This document shows positions 22,587 through 32,731 of a stretch of DNA of 33,874 nt, piece after piece. This DNA comes from a virus (Duplodnaviria > Caudoviricetes), in the IMG/VR virus record IMGVR_UViG_3300010964_000013, positions 1 to 33,874 of that record, one strand, 5' to 3'. Position 1 is the first letter of the stretch; the number at the start of each line of letters is the position of its first letter. The position numbers were made by a program, and so were the translations under genes. The notes under the pieces are model-generated. The model was not told the DNA's origin, did not search any database, and saw only the letters and a program-made list of their open reading frames with translations.

Positions 22587-24746
22587 ATGGGTGTTCCGGC
22601 GCTGCGCATCCCGCTCTCGCTCTCCATGGAGGAGTTCGAGCGCAACACCAAGCAGGCGCAAGAGCGTGTCTCCGACACGCTCCAGACGATCGGGCGGAAG
22701 TTCGCGGACGCCAACTCGCACCTGATGGCGGCCGGGGAAGATGCGGCCAGCAGCGTCGCATTGTCGTGGTCACGAGCTTCGGCCCGCATGCTGCTCAAGA
22801 CGGCGGGTGCCGTCGCCGGCATGGTGGTGGCGTTCGAGCTGGTCGGATCTGTCGTCGGCGCGGTGCGGCGACAGATTGCCGACATGATCGAGGTGGCGGA
22901 GCGGGCGTCGTCGCTCGGCGTGGCTCCGACCTTTCTCCAGCAGTGGCGGTCAGAGGCGCAGGGACTGCGCGTCGACGTCGACGATCTGGACGACGCGCTC
23001 AATACGGCCTTCCGCGCAACTCGCGAGAAGTCTCCGATCGACGTCGCCGAGTGGGAGACCGCGGGCGAGCGCATCACCGATGTCGAGAAGGCGCTGCGGG
23101 TCTACAACGAGGCGATCGCCAAGTCGGCCGGAACGCGGCTCGAAGGGCTGGTGCTGTTCCGTGATGCCCAGTCGCAGGACGAGAAGGTCCGCGCCGTGCT
23201 GGTCGCCATGGAGGAGCTGAACCGTCTCGGCCAGCAGGCGGCGGCGCTCGATCTCGGCGAGCGCATGTTCGGCACGAAGTTCGTCGACAACATCCGCCTC
23301 GGCAAGACATCGGCCGAGGCGATGCTGCGCAATCTCGACGACATGTCCAAGATCGAGTTCTCCGACGCGCTGGTGCGTCGCGCCAAGGAGGTCGACGAGA
23401 ACTTGCAGCGGGCGTATCAGCGTCTCGACAAGGAGCTGAAGCCGTCATGGGACGGCCTCGCCGAGAAGGCGTTGGCCATCCGCGACCTGTGGGCCGACAT
23501 CGTCCGTTGGATCGGCGAGGCGGTGGCCGTCGCCAACAAGTTCGGCGTCACGCCGCAGTCGAAAATCGATGCCAAGAAGGCACAGCTCGCCAACGTGCAG
23601 ACGTTGCTCGACAGCGGTCCGGCGTTCTTCGGGTTCGAGCAGCGCAGCCGCGAAGCGTTGCGCGACAAGCTCAAGGCCGAGATCGCGGCGCTGGAGAAGC
23701 AGGCGGCAGAACATGCGCCGCGTGACTCGTTCGCGGCGCGGTTCGGCACATGGGGCTCTCGCGGCGAGGGCGCTGCACCCACCCGCAAGGCGTCAGACCA
23801 GACCACGGCACCGGCGCGTGACGCCCTCGACCGCGCCCTCGACCAGACCGAGAAGCGCATCGCCGCCATGGAGGCCGAGGCGGGCGCCATCGATCTCACC
23901 ACGGCGGCGCGCGAACGGGCCAAGCTGGTGGCCGAGCTGGAGACAATCGCCAAGCAGGCCAACACGGCGGCCGGCCGTGAGAGCGCCGAGGTGACGGCGG
24001 AGCAGCGCGCCAAGATCGAGGCGATGGCCGATGCCTATGGCCGCGTGGCGCAGCGGATCGAGGAGGCGCGCTCGCCGCTCGCCACGTTCGCCCGCGAGAG
24101 CGCCAATGTGGCGGACGCCCTCAACCGCTTTGCGGCCTCCGGACTCGGCACTGTCACGGACGAGCTGGCCGCGATGGCGCTCGGCACCCGCAGTGCCGCC
24201 GACGCTTTCCGGATCATGACGCAGTCGATCTTGAGCGACTTGTTGAAGATCGCCATCCGATCGAGTGTGACAGGCCCGCTCGCCGATGTGTTCAAGGGGC
24301 TCTTTGCGTCGTCCGGGGTATTCGGGCTGACGGGAAAGGCGTCCGGCGGCTGGGTCGACGGGCCTGGCACGTCGACGTCCGACTCGATCCCGGCGCGTCT
24401 CTCGCGCGGCGAGTATGTGGTGCGCGCCGCGTCGGCCCGGCGCTTCGGGCCGCTGCTGGAGGCGATCAACAGCGGCGGCGTCGCCCGCTTCGCGGCCGGC
24501 GGGCCGGTCGGCGGCATGCCGGCGTTCCAGCTCCCGGCCGTGGCGGGCGCGCACCCGCGCCCGCAGTACAACGTCACCGTCAACAACAGCGCGCCGGGCG
24601 CCCAGGTTTCGGCCTCTCCCGGCCGCGACGGTGGTCTCACGATCGACATCGAGGCGATGGTGGACCGCGCGTTGGCATCGCGGATCTCCTCGGGGCGCAG
24701 CGCCACCGGCCGCGCGGCGGGCCTGCGGCCGAGCCTGATCGGCTAG
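22587..24746 (+). CDS. Tail tape measure protein (719 aa)
   Basis: Ala-rich helical protein after the chaperones; C-terminal ASGG.V.GPGTSTSDSIPARLS.GEYVV motif. Confidence 0.92.
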   Translation: MGVPALRIPLSLSMEEFERNTKQAQERVSDTLQTIGRKFADANSHLMAAGEDAASSVALSWSRASARMLLKTAGAVAGMVVAFELVGSVVGAVRRQIADMIEVAERASSLGVAPTFLQQWRSEAQGLRVDVDDLDDALNTAFRATREKSPIDVAEWETAGERITDVEKALRVYNEAIAKSAGTRLEGLVLFRDAQSQDEKVRAVLVAMEELNRLGQQAAALDLGERMFGTKFVDNIRLGKTSAEAMLRNLDDMSKIEFSDALVRRAKEVDENLQRAYQRLDKELKPSWDGLAEKALAIRDLWADIVRWIGEAVAVANKFGVTPQSKIDAKKAQLANVQTLLDSGPAFFGFEQRSREALRDKLKAEIAALEKQAAEHAPRDSFAARFGTWGSRGEGAAPTRKASDQTTAPARDALDRALDQTEKRIAAMEAEAGAIDLTTAARERAKLVAELETIAKQANTAAGRESAEVTAEQRAKIEAMADAYGRVAQRIEEARSPLATFARESANVADALNRFAASGLGTVTDELAAMALGTRSAADAFRIMTQSILSDLLKIAIRSSVTGPLADVFKGLFASSGVFGLTGKASGGWVDGPGTSTSDSIPARLSRGEYVVRAASARRFGPLLEAINSGGVARFAAGGPVGGMPAFQLPAVAGAHPRPQYNVTVNNSAPGAQVSASPGRDGGLTIDIEAMVDRALASRISSGRSATGRAAGLRPSLIG

Positions 24747-24755
24747 GGGGACGGC

Positions 24756-25127
24756 ATGGCAATTCCCGATTGGCCGGCCGGGCTGCCGGTCAAGGCGCGC
24801 ATGCGGCCGAGGCGGTGGCCGGAGAGTCACCAGCCGCCGGCCGTCACCGAGGTCGAGGACGGCCCGGACGTCATGCGGGCGCGCGCCGCCACCGTGGTGG
24901 CGACCATCGACTACGCCATCGTGATGACGGATGCCCAGGTCGGGGTCTTCCGCGCCTTCGCGGTCGGCACGCTGGGGCGCAGCACGGGTCATTTCCGCAT
25001 GCAGGTCCCGGTACCGGGCGTCGGCTATCGGTGGCGGCGCTGCTGGATCAAGGGCGGGCGTTGGACGGTCGACGAGATCGGCTCGGACTATCTCGTGTCG
25101 TTCACGCTCTGTGTGCTGGGAGGCTGA
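24756..25127 (+). CDS. Distal tail (Dit-like) protein
   Basis: Position after the TMP; WPAGLP, TEVEDGP..MR, F..F...TL......F.M pattern. Confidence 0.7.
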   Translation: MAIPDWPAGLPVKARMRPRRWPESHQPPAVTEVEDGPDVMRARAATVVATIDYAIVMTDAQVGVFRAFAVGTLGRSTGHFRMQVPVPGVGYRWRRCWIKGGRWTVDEIGSDYLVSFTLCVLGG

Positions 25128-25129
25128 TC

Positions 25130-25633
25130 GTGTCTGTCACCGAGGCGATGCGCGAGGCATGGGCCGCCAATCCGGCCGGAGAGACGATCATCGAGACGAT
25201 CGAGCTGGATCACGTCACGTTCGATCAGCCGGTACGCATTGCCTGCAACGTGTCGGATGACGTCGATCTTCCGCCCGCGGCGGGCGCCGATCCTGTAACC
25301 TGGACGGCGATCGCCGTGTCGGTGGTGCCGCCCGGCGTCGACGACGGTGGGCCGAGCCCGATGCGGCTGGGGATCGATCTGCTGTCGCAGCACCTGTTGC
25401 CGTATCTGGAGGCGGCCACGGCCGCGACGTCGCCGATCTCCGTGACCTATCGGTCCTACACGACGGCGGATCTCAGCCGGCCCGGCGAGCTGATCACCGG
25501 ACTGGAGCTGCGCGTCGCCTCGCTCACCGCCACGGAGGCGCAGGTCACGGTGGCGTGGCCGCAGACGGCCACCCGGGCGTTCCCGCGCGCCACGTACGAC
25601 TCCATCTTCTATCCGGCGCTCCAGAATGAGTAA
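25130..25633 (+). CDS. DUF1833-family tail tip protein
   Basis: GTG start with a GGAGG RBS; AMREAWA......IETIELDH..F..PVR, PISVTYRSY...DLS.P, AFPR..Y...FYPAL. Confidence 0.8.
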   Translation: MSVTEAMREAWAANPAGETIIETIELDHVTFDQPVRIACNVSDDVDLPPAAGADPVTWTAIAVSVVPPGVDDGGPSPMRLGIDLLSQHLLPYLEAATAATSPISVTYRSYTTADLSRPGELITGLELRVASLTATEAQVTVAWPQTATRAFPRATYDSIFYPALQNE

Positions 25634-25734
25634 CATACCAATGTGCGAAGTAGAGCTTGCGGTTGAATGTGCGTATTCCAAAGTAAGTGTAAATATTGAA
25701 GTTACAGAAGTTGTCGTCGATCGCGTGTTCTACG

Positions 25735-26040
25735 CTAGTTTTGTGGAAGTCCTATACGCCTACGAACATCAGCCTCAAATCCAGATAGTATCAACTGTTC
25801 GCGTTCCCTGATGTCAGAGATTGCAGACGCCGCATCACCTTTTGTGGTTTTTACGGTTATCCGGAAGTCGTCAATAGTCTTCTGCACAATTGCGATTGTC
25901 TGTCGGAGGGCGGTCTCCTGATCTCCGCCAATCATGGCGATGTGAGCGACGGCAAGTTCGACGAGTGCTGTCGCGGTCATGAGCCCGAGCGCCTTTCCAA
26001 CGAGCACCTGCTGTTCCAACTGCTCCAGTTTGTTGGTCAT
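25735..26040 (-). CDS. Antisense lower-GC hypothetical protein (moron) in the tail operon
   Basis: 101 aa (MTNKLEQLEQQV...), A/T-rich codons, helical with one hydrophobic stretch; fills the gap between two tail genes. Confidence 0.65.
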   Translation of the reverse strand: MTNKLEQLEQQVLVGKALGLMTATALVELAVAHIAMIGGDQETALRQTIAIVQKTIDDFRITVKTTKGDAASAISDIREREQLILSGFEADVRRRIGLPQN

Positions 26041-26055
26041 TGGTGGATGTCCAAT

Positions 26056-26481
26056 ATGCATGAGCCAGCCATCGCAGCTTACGTCTCAGGGCTGATCAAT
26101 CAACCCTGGGCTCGCGACGGTCGCCACTGCTGGCGACTGGTGTGCGACGTGCAGCGCGATCTGTTCGGCCGCGTGCTGCCGGCTGTCGTCGACGTGGCGC
26201 CACCACCGGGGGCAGAGGGGCGCCAGGCGCGCGCCAGGCTGTTCGCCGAGCACGACGAGCGGCGCCGGTGGCGCCCGGCGGCGACGCCCGTGCACGGCGC
26301 CGTGGCGCTGATGCGCCGCGCCGCCGCACCGCGCGACATGCTGATCCATGCCGGGGTGTGGCTCGACCTCGATGGCGGCGGCTGCCTCCATAGCGCCGAC
26401 CCTCACGGCGTCGTCCTCGACACGCTGCCCCAGCTCGCGGCGCGCGGCTGGGTGCCGACCTGGTTCGTCCCGATCGACTGA
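26056..26481 (+). CDS. NlpC/P60-like tail-associated peptidase
   Basis: PW..DG.HCW.LV..V, HAGVW..DGGG.LH (Cys-His-His); position before the J-like protein. Confidence 0.85.
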   Translation: MHEPAIAAYVSGLINQPWARDGRHCWRLVCDVQRDLFGRVLPAVVDVAPPPGAEGRQARARLFAEHDERRRWRPAATPVHGAVALMRRAAAPRDMLIHAGVWLDLDGGGCLHSADPHGVVLDTLPQLAARGWVPTWFVPID

Positions 26482-26487
26482 GACATC

Positions 26488-29400
26488 ATGACCACACCTG
26501 AGCAGCCCACCCGCGCCCGCAAGGCGCGGCGCCCTGGCGCGACCGTGATCGCCCGCACCGTGATGGGCACCCCCGTCGGCGAGCCGATCCGGCTCTCGCG
26601 CCGCCGGCGCACCCTCGCGGCCGTGATGGCCCGCTGCGCCGATCCCCGCCGGCCCCACATGGTGTCGGTGCATCGGCCCGGCGAGCCGGTCGCGCCGGAG
26701 GATCACACCGTGGTGTTGCGGGCGGCGTGGGCGACCACGCTGGTCCGGCCCGACGAGATCGTCTTGATCACCTATATTCCCCTCGGCGGTGGCGGAGCCG
26801 GAGGGCAGAGCACGGCGAAGCAGATCGGCTCGGCCGTCGCGATGTTGGCGCTCGCCGCGATTGCTCCGTACGCCGCGCCCGCTCTCCTTGCCGGCGCATC
26901 ATCGGCGACAGGGCTCCTGCTGTCCGGGAACGCATTTCTCGCTGCCAACTACATGCTACAGGCCGGACTTGTCGTTGGCGGCGCCTACGCGATCTCGCTC
27001 GCCACCAGGGCCAAGGCCAACAGCCAGGACAGCGACACGCGGCCGGTCTACGGCGTCTCGGGTGGTGGCAACCTGCCGCGGCAGGGAGACCGCATCCCGG
27101 TTGGGTACGGCCGCTTCTGGTCGCAGCCCGATCTCACACAGCCCGATTACACGCAGTTCGACGGCGAGGATCAGATCCTCTACAAGAAGATGACGCTCGG
27201 CGTCGGCCGTTACGACGTGGAGGAAATCCACGTCGGAAAGTCGGTCCTGTGGACCAAGGCCGGCGGCGTGCAGCCGCCGTTCAACACCGTGCCGGGCGGT
27301 GGCGGCGGTGGCGGGCGTGGCGACAGCCTCGGATTCGTCTCTGGAGAGGGCGGCACCAATGTGGGGCTGACGGCGGTCGAGATCATTCCGCCGGGCGGCA
27401 CGTCGACGCTGGTGCCGGGCTCGGTCTACAGCCACCCCAGCGTCGTCGGCATCGAGCTCCCGCGGCCCGGAGAGAATCCGTCATGGTCCGGCCCGTTCGC
27501 GTCGTGCGAGCCGGGCCGCACGACGAGCAAGATTCAGCTCGATTACGAACTGCCCATGGGGGTAGCCAATACCGGAACCAGCGAGCCGAACTACCCGGGC
27601 AATTGGAGCGTGGTGTTTCAGATCGCGCCGTGTGATCAGGACGACGTCCCGACCGGCCCGTGGGCGACGCTGCACGTCAATGGCGGCACGCATTACTGGA
27701 GCCGAGCCCAGAGGTTCACGCGCTCATTCGATGTCGCTCCTGGCCGTTATCTGGTGCGCGCGCAAAATGCGCAGCCATACAGGGATATCCTGGTCAACAC
27801 GGTCGTCTGGTCCGGGCTGCGATCTCACTTTCCAGAGACGATCGTCCGTCCCCACGTCACCGAGATCGCGCTGCGCATCCGCTCCGGAAAGGCGCTCGGC
27901 GTCACCGCGTTCGCCGACGTCTGGGTCAAGGCGACGCGCATCCTGCGGGTCTGGGACAGCGACACAGAGACGTGGACGGAGCAGCCGACCCGCAAGGCGG
28001 TGTGGGCCTATCTGGACGTGATGACGGCAGACTATGGAGAGGGTCTACCGGACTATCGCGTCGACGTCACCACCATCGCGGCGCGCGCCGCTTCGCTCGT
28101 CGAGGACGACACGTTCGACGGTGTGATCCGCGGTCCGGTACCCGTGCAGGAAGTGGCCAGCGTGGTGCTCGGCCCGCTGCGTGCCGAGCCTGTCGTCATC
28201 GCGTCCATCTGGTCGCTGGTCCGTGACGAGCCCAAGGTGGTGCGCAAACACGTCTTTACGCGACGGCAGATCAAGCGCGGCACCTCGATGGCCGAGTTTC
28301 AGATTGCGCGGGACGATGGACCGGCCGATGTCATCGTCGAGTATCATCCGGATGCCGACCCGCGCCGTCGTCGCGAGGTGCGACGGACGATCGGCGCCGC
28401 GACCCAGACGCCCCAGCGCATCAAGGCGGAGGGCATCGCATCGTGGAGCCATGCCGCCCGCTACGCGACCTATCGGGCGGCCGCAGCCTTCTACCGCCGG
28501 CAGAGCCGCACGTTCACCACCGATCGGCAAGGACGTCTCGTCGGCCGCGGCGATCCGATCGTCGCGGACGTCTGGTTCCTGGAGAGCGCTCGCACCGGCG
28601 GCGTGATGGCCCGCGACGGGCTCGATCTCGCGCTCGATACCGCCATGGAGGTCGGCGCCGACACCTACGCCTATCTGCGGGACCGGCGCGGACGCGATTG
28701 GGGGCCGGTCAAGGTCACGCAGCCCGATCCGGAGGCGCCGAACGTCATCGCGCTCGATGCCGCCGACGTCGCGGCGGTCGAGGCATTCCACGGCCAGTCG
28801 TTCAGTGATGTGCTGGCCCACGACAACGAGGACATGACGACGGTCCGGGTCGGGCCGCTCGCCGTGCTCCAGCGGTCCTATCTGGTGCGCTCGGTGCGGC
28901 CGAGCGGTCTGGACGCGATCGAGATCGAGTGCCGCCACGACGCGCCGGAGGTGTGGACCGCGCTCGCCGAGCCGCTGCCGCCGGAGCCCGTGGTGCCGTC
29001 GATCGGCGACGCCGCCGATCCCGCCTATCCGACCGTGCCATGGGTGCGGGCGCGGTGCATCGCGAAGGCGGCCAACCTCGCAATGGAGTGGGCTTGCGGC
29101 ACGGCGCGCGGCGCGGCGAGCTATGTCGTCATGCTCTCCTATGACGACGGCGCGACCTGGGAGGAGGTGTCGGACGGGCTCGTCACGTCGGGGAGCTACC
29201 AGATCCGCCACGAGCCTGGCGCACAGGTCAAGGTGCTGGCCTACGCGATCGGCACCGCTGGATCGCCCGGGCCGACCGTGTTCACGATGTTCACGACATT
29301 CGCCGCGACGGTCGCGCCGGAGAACATGGAGGAGGGGCTGCGGCGCTACGTGACCGAGCGGGTCGGCGCGTCGCAACGGGCCATCGAGACGCTGATCCAG

Positions 29401-30390
29401 CGTGTCGCGGCGCTGGCGGCCGAGGTCGACGCGGCGACGTGGCGTGATCGCCAGCAGATCAAGAGCGATCTGCAATCGCAGTCGGAACAGGCGTGGGCCG
29501 GCATCTCGACAGTGCAGACCGTGGCGACGAGCAACACTGCGGCGCTGGCCTCGCTGAGCACGACGGTGACGGCGCGCTTCGGCACTCTGGAGGCGTCGGT
29601 CCAGCAGGTGCAGGCCGCGGTGGCCGACGTCGATGGCAAGCTCGGCGCGATCTGGGGCGTCAAGGTCGACGCCGGCCGGCGCGTTCAGTCGCTCTACCTG
29701 TTCGACGACGGCACCACGGCCGGCGTCGCGTTCACGGTCGACACCTTCACCATCGCGCTCGGCAGCAATGGCCCCGAGGCGGCGGTGCCGGCCTTCGTCG
29801 CCGTGGTCGAGGACGGTGTCCCGACCTTCGCTTTCAACGGGACGCTCAAGGCCGGATCAGTCAAGGCCGGGCACATCGCGGCCGGATCCATCACCGCCGA
29901 GAAGGTCGGGGCGAACGAGATCATCACGCAGAGCGCCAACATCAAGGCGCTTACGGTTGATACGATCAATATCAAGGGCGGCGCGGTAGGAGTATACAGA
30001 GCTATTGAGTCTCCAGGTATTGGTGGTGGCGGTATAGCAATTAACCCAAACTGGACTACGGCGATTAGTGTGCAAATTCAAGTGTCCGCGCCGGCTGGAG
30101 AGATTATACCGATCTTTTGGGCCGCGTCGTATAGGTTCGGAAATGTTAATACAAATACAATAGCAATATCTGTCAGGCTATGGATAGCTGGCACCCTCGT
30201 CAATGCGTCGGGCGGGATCGCCGTTGCTCCTGGAACTTGGGGCCCGCGCTACACGATTGACTCGACCTACCATCACACCGCGTCCGGCGGCACTGACACA
30301 ATACAGATCACCCTGCAATTTCAGGCTGGTGATTGGGGTGGGCTGACCGAAACGCCGAACACAGTGTCGCTCGCAGCGTTCAAACGGTGA
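26488..30390 (+). CDS. Central tail tip / host-specificity protein (TipJ-like, 1300 aa)
   Basis: GDRIPVGYGR...PDL, FDGVIR, fibronectin-like region, coiled coil, C-terminal GSITAEK..A..I repeats. Confidence 0.9.
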   Translation: MTTPEQPTRARKARRPGATVIARTVMGTPVGEPIRLSRRRRTLAAVMARCADPRRPHMVSVHRPGEPVAPEDHTVVLRAAWATTLVRPDEIVLITYIPLGGGGAGGQSTAKQIGSAVAMLALAAIAPYAAPALLAGASSATGLLLSGNAFLAANYMLQAGLVVGGAYAISLATRAKANSQDSDTRPVYGVSGGGNLPRQGDRIPVGYGRFWSQPDLTQPDYTQFDGEDQILYKKMTLGVGRYDVEEIHVGKSVLWTKAGGVQPPFNTVPGGGGGGGRGDSLGFVSGEGGTNVGLTAVEIIPPGGTSTLVPGSVYSHPSVVGIELPRPGENPSWSGPFASCEPGRTTSKIQLDYELPMGVANTGTSEPNYPGNWSVVFQIAPCDQDDVPTGPWATLHVNGGTHYWSRAQRFTRSFDVAPGRYLVRAQNAQPYRDILVNTVVWSGLRSHFPETIVRPHVTEIALRIRSGKALGVTAFADVWVKATRILRVWDSDTETWTEQPTRKAVWAYLDVMTADYGEGLPDYRVDVTTIAARAASLVEDDTFDGVIRGPVPVQEVASVVLGPLRAEPVVIASIWSLVRDEPKVVRKHVFTRRQIKRGTSMAEFQIARDDGPADVIVEYHPDADPRRRREVRRTIGAATQTPQRIKAEGIASWSHAARYATYRAAAAFYRRQSRTFTTDRQGRLVGRGDPIVADVWFLESARTGGVMARDGLDLALDTAMEVGADTYAYLRDRRGRDWGPVKVTQPDPEAPNVIALDAADVAAVEAFHGQSFSDVLAHDNEDMTTVRVGPLAVLQRSYLVRSVRPSGLDAIEIECRHDAPEVWTALAEPLPPEPVVPSIGDAADPAYPTVPWVRARCIAKAANLAMEWACGTARGAASYVVMLSYDDGATWEEVSDGLVTSGSYQIRHEPGAQVKVLAYAIGTAGSPGPTVFTMFTTFAATVAPENMEEGLRRYVTERVGASQRAIETLIQRVAALAAEVDAATWRDRQQIKSDLQSQSEQAWAGISTVQTVATSNTAALASLSTTVTARFGTLEASVQQVQAAVADVDGKLGAIWGVKVDAGRRVQSLYLFDDGTTAGVAFTVDTFTIALGSNGPEAAVPAFVAVVEDGVPTFAFNGTLKAGSVKAGHIAAGSITAEKVGANEIITQSANIKALTVDTINIKGGAVGVYRAIESPGIGGGGIAINPNWTTAISVQIQVSAPAGEIIPIFWAASYRFGNVNTNTIAISVRLWIAGTLVNASGGIAVAPGTWGPRYTIDSTYHHTASGGTDTIQITLQFQAGDWGGLTETPNTVSLAAFKR

Positions 30391-30392
30391 CG

Positions 30393-30842
30393 ATGATGCG
30401 GTATATTCATTTCAATCCGTTAGATGGGGTAATCATCCAGGTAATTGATGGCGGCGCCGCCCAGGCGCTGGACGGCGCCGCCGTCGCGGCATTGGGCCCC
30501 GGCGATGAGTGGATCGGGATGCGTGTCGTCGCGCTATCGGCCGAGTCGGTCGCGATCGGCCCGCCGCGCATCCCGGTGGCTGTGCTGGAGCCGTCGCCCG
30601 ATCCGCAGGCCGGGCTGCGACGGCTGATGTACGTCAGGACGGCGCGCAACGCCGAACTGGATGCGACCGACGTGATGGTCGTGCCTGATCGCCCCATGGC
30701 TGAGGACACACGCTCGGCATGGCTAACATACCGCGCGGCGCTGCGTGATCTCGGTCGTCACCAGACGGCCGGCGAGATGATCGCGGCGTGGCCCGCGCGC
30801 CCGGATGGCGCCACCCGCACGATCGACCAATCGGAGACCTGA
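30393..30842 (+). CDS. Tail fibre assembly chaperone
   Basis: VR..RN..L.ATD....PD.P......AW..YR.ALRDL...WP.RP motif. Confidence 0.85.
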   Translation: MMRYIHFNPLDGVIIQVIDGGAAQALDGAAVAALGPGDEWIGMRVVALSAESVAIGPPRIPVAVLEPSPDPQAGLRRLMYVRTARNAELDATDVMVVPDRPMAEDTRSAWLTYRAALRDLGRHQTAGEMIAAWPARPDGATRTIDQSET

Positions 30843-30845
30843 CAC

Positions 30846-32111
30846 ATGGCGCTCGGCGAGCCCTACACCACCGGCACGATTTCGGTCACGGCGGGGAGCG
30901 ACACCGTCACGGGCCTCGGCACGCTGTGGGCGTCGACGATCGAGGTCGGCGACATGGTCAGCCTCGATGGGCTCCTCGGCGCGGTCGAGGAGGTGTTGTC
31001 GCATACGTCGTTGCGTCTCTATCTGCCGTGGGCAGGGCAAAGCCGGAGCGGCGTGGCATACGCGATCCTGCCGACCAGCCCGATCCGTTATGAGGCGGCG
31101 GAGACGCAGGAGCTGCAACGCGCGATCCTGTCGCGGATCGACGCTGGTCTGTTGCCGTCCGGCGCGTCGCGGCCACAGAGTGTCGCGGCGGGCGCGCTGT
31201 GGCGCAAGATCGTCTCTGCGACGGCGCATCAGATCAACTATCACGACGGTGCCGACGACATCCCGTGGTTGACGATCGACCCCGTTGCCAACACGGCCAA
31301 GCTGCCCGCCGCCGCCGCGCCGCGCGAGCTGCTAACGTCGACTCGCACCTACTATGTCAGGACCGACGGGAGCGACACCAACACGGGGCTCACCAACACG
31401 ACCGGCGGCGCGTTCCGGACGATCCAGAAAGCTGTTGATACCGCAGCCATGCTCGATTGCGCGGGTCAGGCAGTGATCATCCAAGTGACAGGCTCGCACA
31501 CGGAGTCGGTCAATCTCAAGAGCATCCTCGGCGCTTCATCGGTGACGATCATCGGGGATGAGACGACACCGGCCAATGTGACGATCACGGGATCGACTGC
31601 GTGGTGCTTCCGCGCCGACTCGGTGGTCGGCGCCTGGTTCCTGCGTGGAATGAAGCTTCTCTGTCCCGTGGCCGGCGCCGGATCGATCACCGCCATCGGG
31701 GCCATGACTACGGTGTCGTTCCACAAGCTCGACTTTGGCGCGAGCGCCGGTCATCACATCGGTGCGCAGTTCGGTGCGCGGGTGCAAGGTACGGCAGGGC
31801 AGCCATACTCGATCTCAGGAGGCGCGCTCTACCACGCCGTCGCAGATGGCGGGTTGATATACCTCGGCGACCGCACGATCACGCTCACCGGCACTCCAAG
31901 CTTCCTTGGTTGCTTTGCGCTTGCGCAAAAGGGAACCGGGATCATCGATGCCGGCGTGATCACGTTTTTTGGTGGGGCGACGGGCGTGCGCTACGTGGCT
32001 CAATTTGGTGGCCAGATTTCGACCATTGGCGGTGGCGCCAATTACTTCCCCGGCGATGCTGCCGGCAGTGGCACCAATTTCGGCGTCTCTCCATATGGAC
32101 AGTACTCATGA
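30846..32111 (+). CDS. Tail fibre / tailspike with a beta-helix-like C-terminus
   Basis: N-terminal Y.TGTISVTAGS.TVTG.GT.W anchor; TYYVRTDGSDTNTGL....AFRTIQKAVD, then Gly-rich beta repeats. Confidence 0.85.
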   Translation: MALGEPYTTGTISVTAGSDTVTGLGTLWASTIEVGDMVSLDGLLGAVEEVLSHTSLRLYLPWAGQSRSGVAYAILPTSPIRYEAAETQELQRAILSRIDAGLLPSGASRPQSVAAGALWRKIVSATAHQINYHDGADDIPWLTIDPVANTAKLPAAAAPRELLTSTRTYYVRTDGSDTNTGLTNTTGGAFRTIQKAVDTAAMLDCAGQAVIIQVTGSHTESVNLKSILGASSVTIIGDETTPANVTITGSTAWCFRADSVVGAWFLRGMKLLCPVAGAGSITAIGAMTTVSFHKLDFGASAGHHIGAQFGARVQGTAGQPYSISGGALYHAVADGGLIYLGDRTITLTGTPSFLGCFALAQKGTGIIDAGVITFFGGATGVRYVAQFGGQISTIGGGANYFPGDAAGSGTNFGVSPYGQYS

Positions 32112-32659
32112 TCTGGACCCCGCAGGACCACTACTGGATCGTCGCCGGTGACGAGACGCGCGTGTGGTCGAGCGCCCGCGGCGCCTACGTGCCGACGAAT
32201 GACGCTGACTATGCGGCTTGGCGCGATGCCGGCGGCGTAGCCACGCGGATCGCGACAGAGCAGGATCTGAGCGACGTGCTGGTCGTCTACGGGCTGCGGG
32301 GGCCGCATGTCGACCTCGCCGCCTACGCGGCCGACGCACGATGGCGGCGCGAGACGGGTGGGACGACGTGGAGCGGCTGGCCGATCCACACCGACGCGAC
32401 CAGCCAGACCAAGTATCTGGCCGAGTTGCAGGCAATCTCACTCGGGGTCCGCGACGACGGCGACGGCTGGAAGTTCGCCGATGGCGCATTCCGTGCGGTC
32501 AGCAATGCGGACTTCTCTGCGCTCGCGACGGCGGCGCGCGCACATGTGCGCGCCTGCTACGCGGCTGAGGCTGCGGTGCTCGCAGGCATCGCGGCCGGCT
32601 CGATCACGACCGCGGCCGAGATCGACGCCGCCTTCGCGGCGGTCGGCGCAGCGGAGTAG
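32108..32659 (+). CDS. DUF4376-like tail fibre-associated protein
   Basis: ATGA overlap; L.AYAAD.RW.RETGG, I.TD..SQ, WK.ADG.F, HV.ACYAAE...I.AG.ITT.AEID. Confidence 0.8.
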   Translation: MIWTPQDHYWIVAGDETRVWSSARGAYVPTNDADYAAWRDAGGVATRIATEQDLSDVLVVYGLRGPHVDLAAYAADARWRRETGGTTWSGWPIHTDATSQTKYLAELQAISLGVRDDGDGWKFADGAFRAVSNADFSALATAARAHVRACYAAEAAVLAGIAAGSITTAAEIDAAFAAVGAAE

Positions 32660-32731
32660 GGCGCTGCAACCAACCCCGCACAATCTGATCAGGACCACAG
32701 CCGGCCGCGCGCCGGGACATGGAGCACGAGC

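Noticed and set aside
27292-27352. Poly-Gly stretch in TipJ as a contingency repeat
   Set aside because: Mixed GGC/GGT/GGG codons and in frame; most simply a flexible loop insertion.
29950-32111. Diversity-generating retroelement or invertible tail-fibre cassette
   Set aside because: No reverse transcriptase or invertase in the window, and no TR/VR pair or flanking inverted repeats found by eye. Elements outside the window cannot be excluded.
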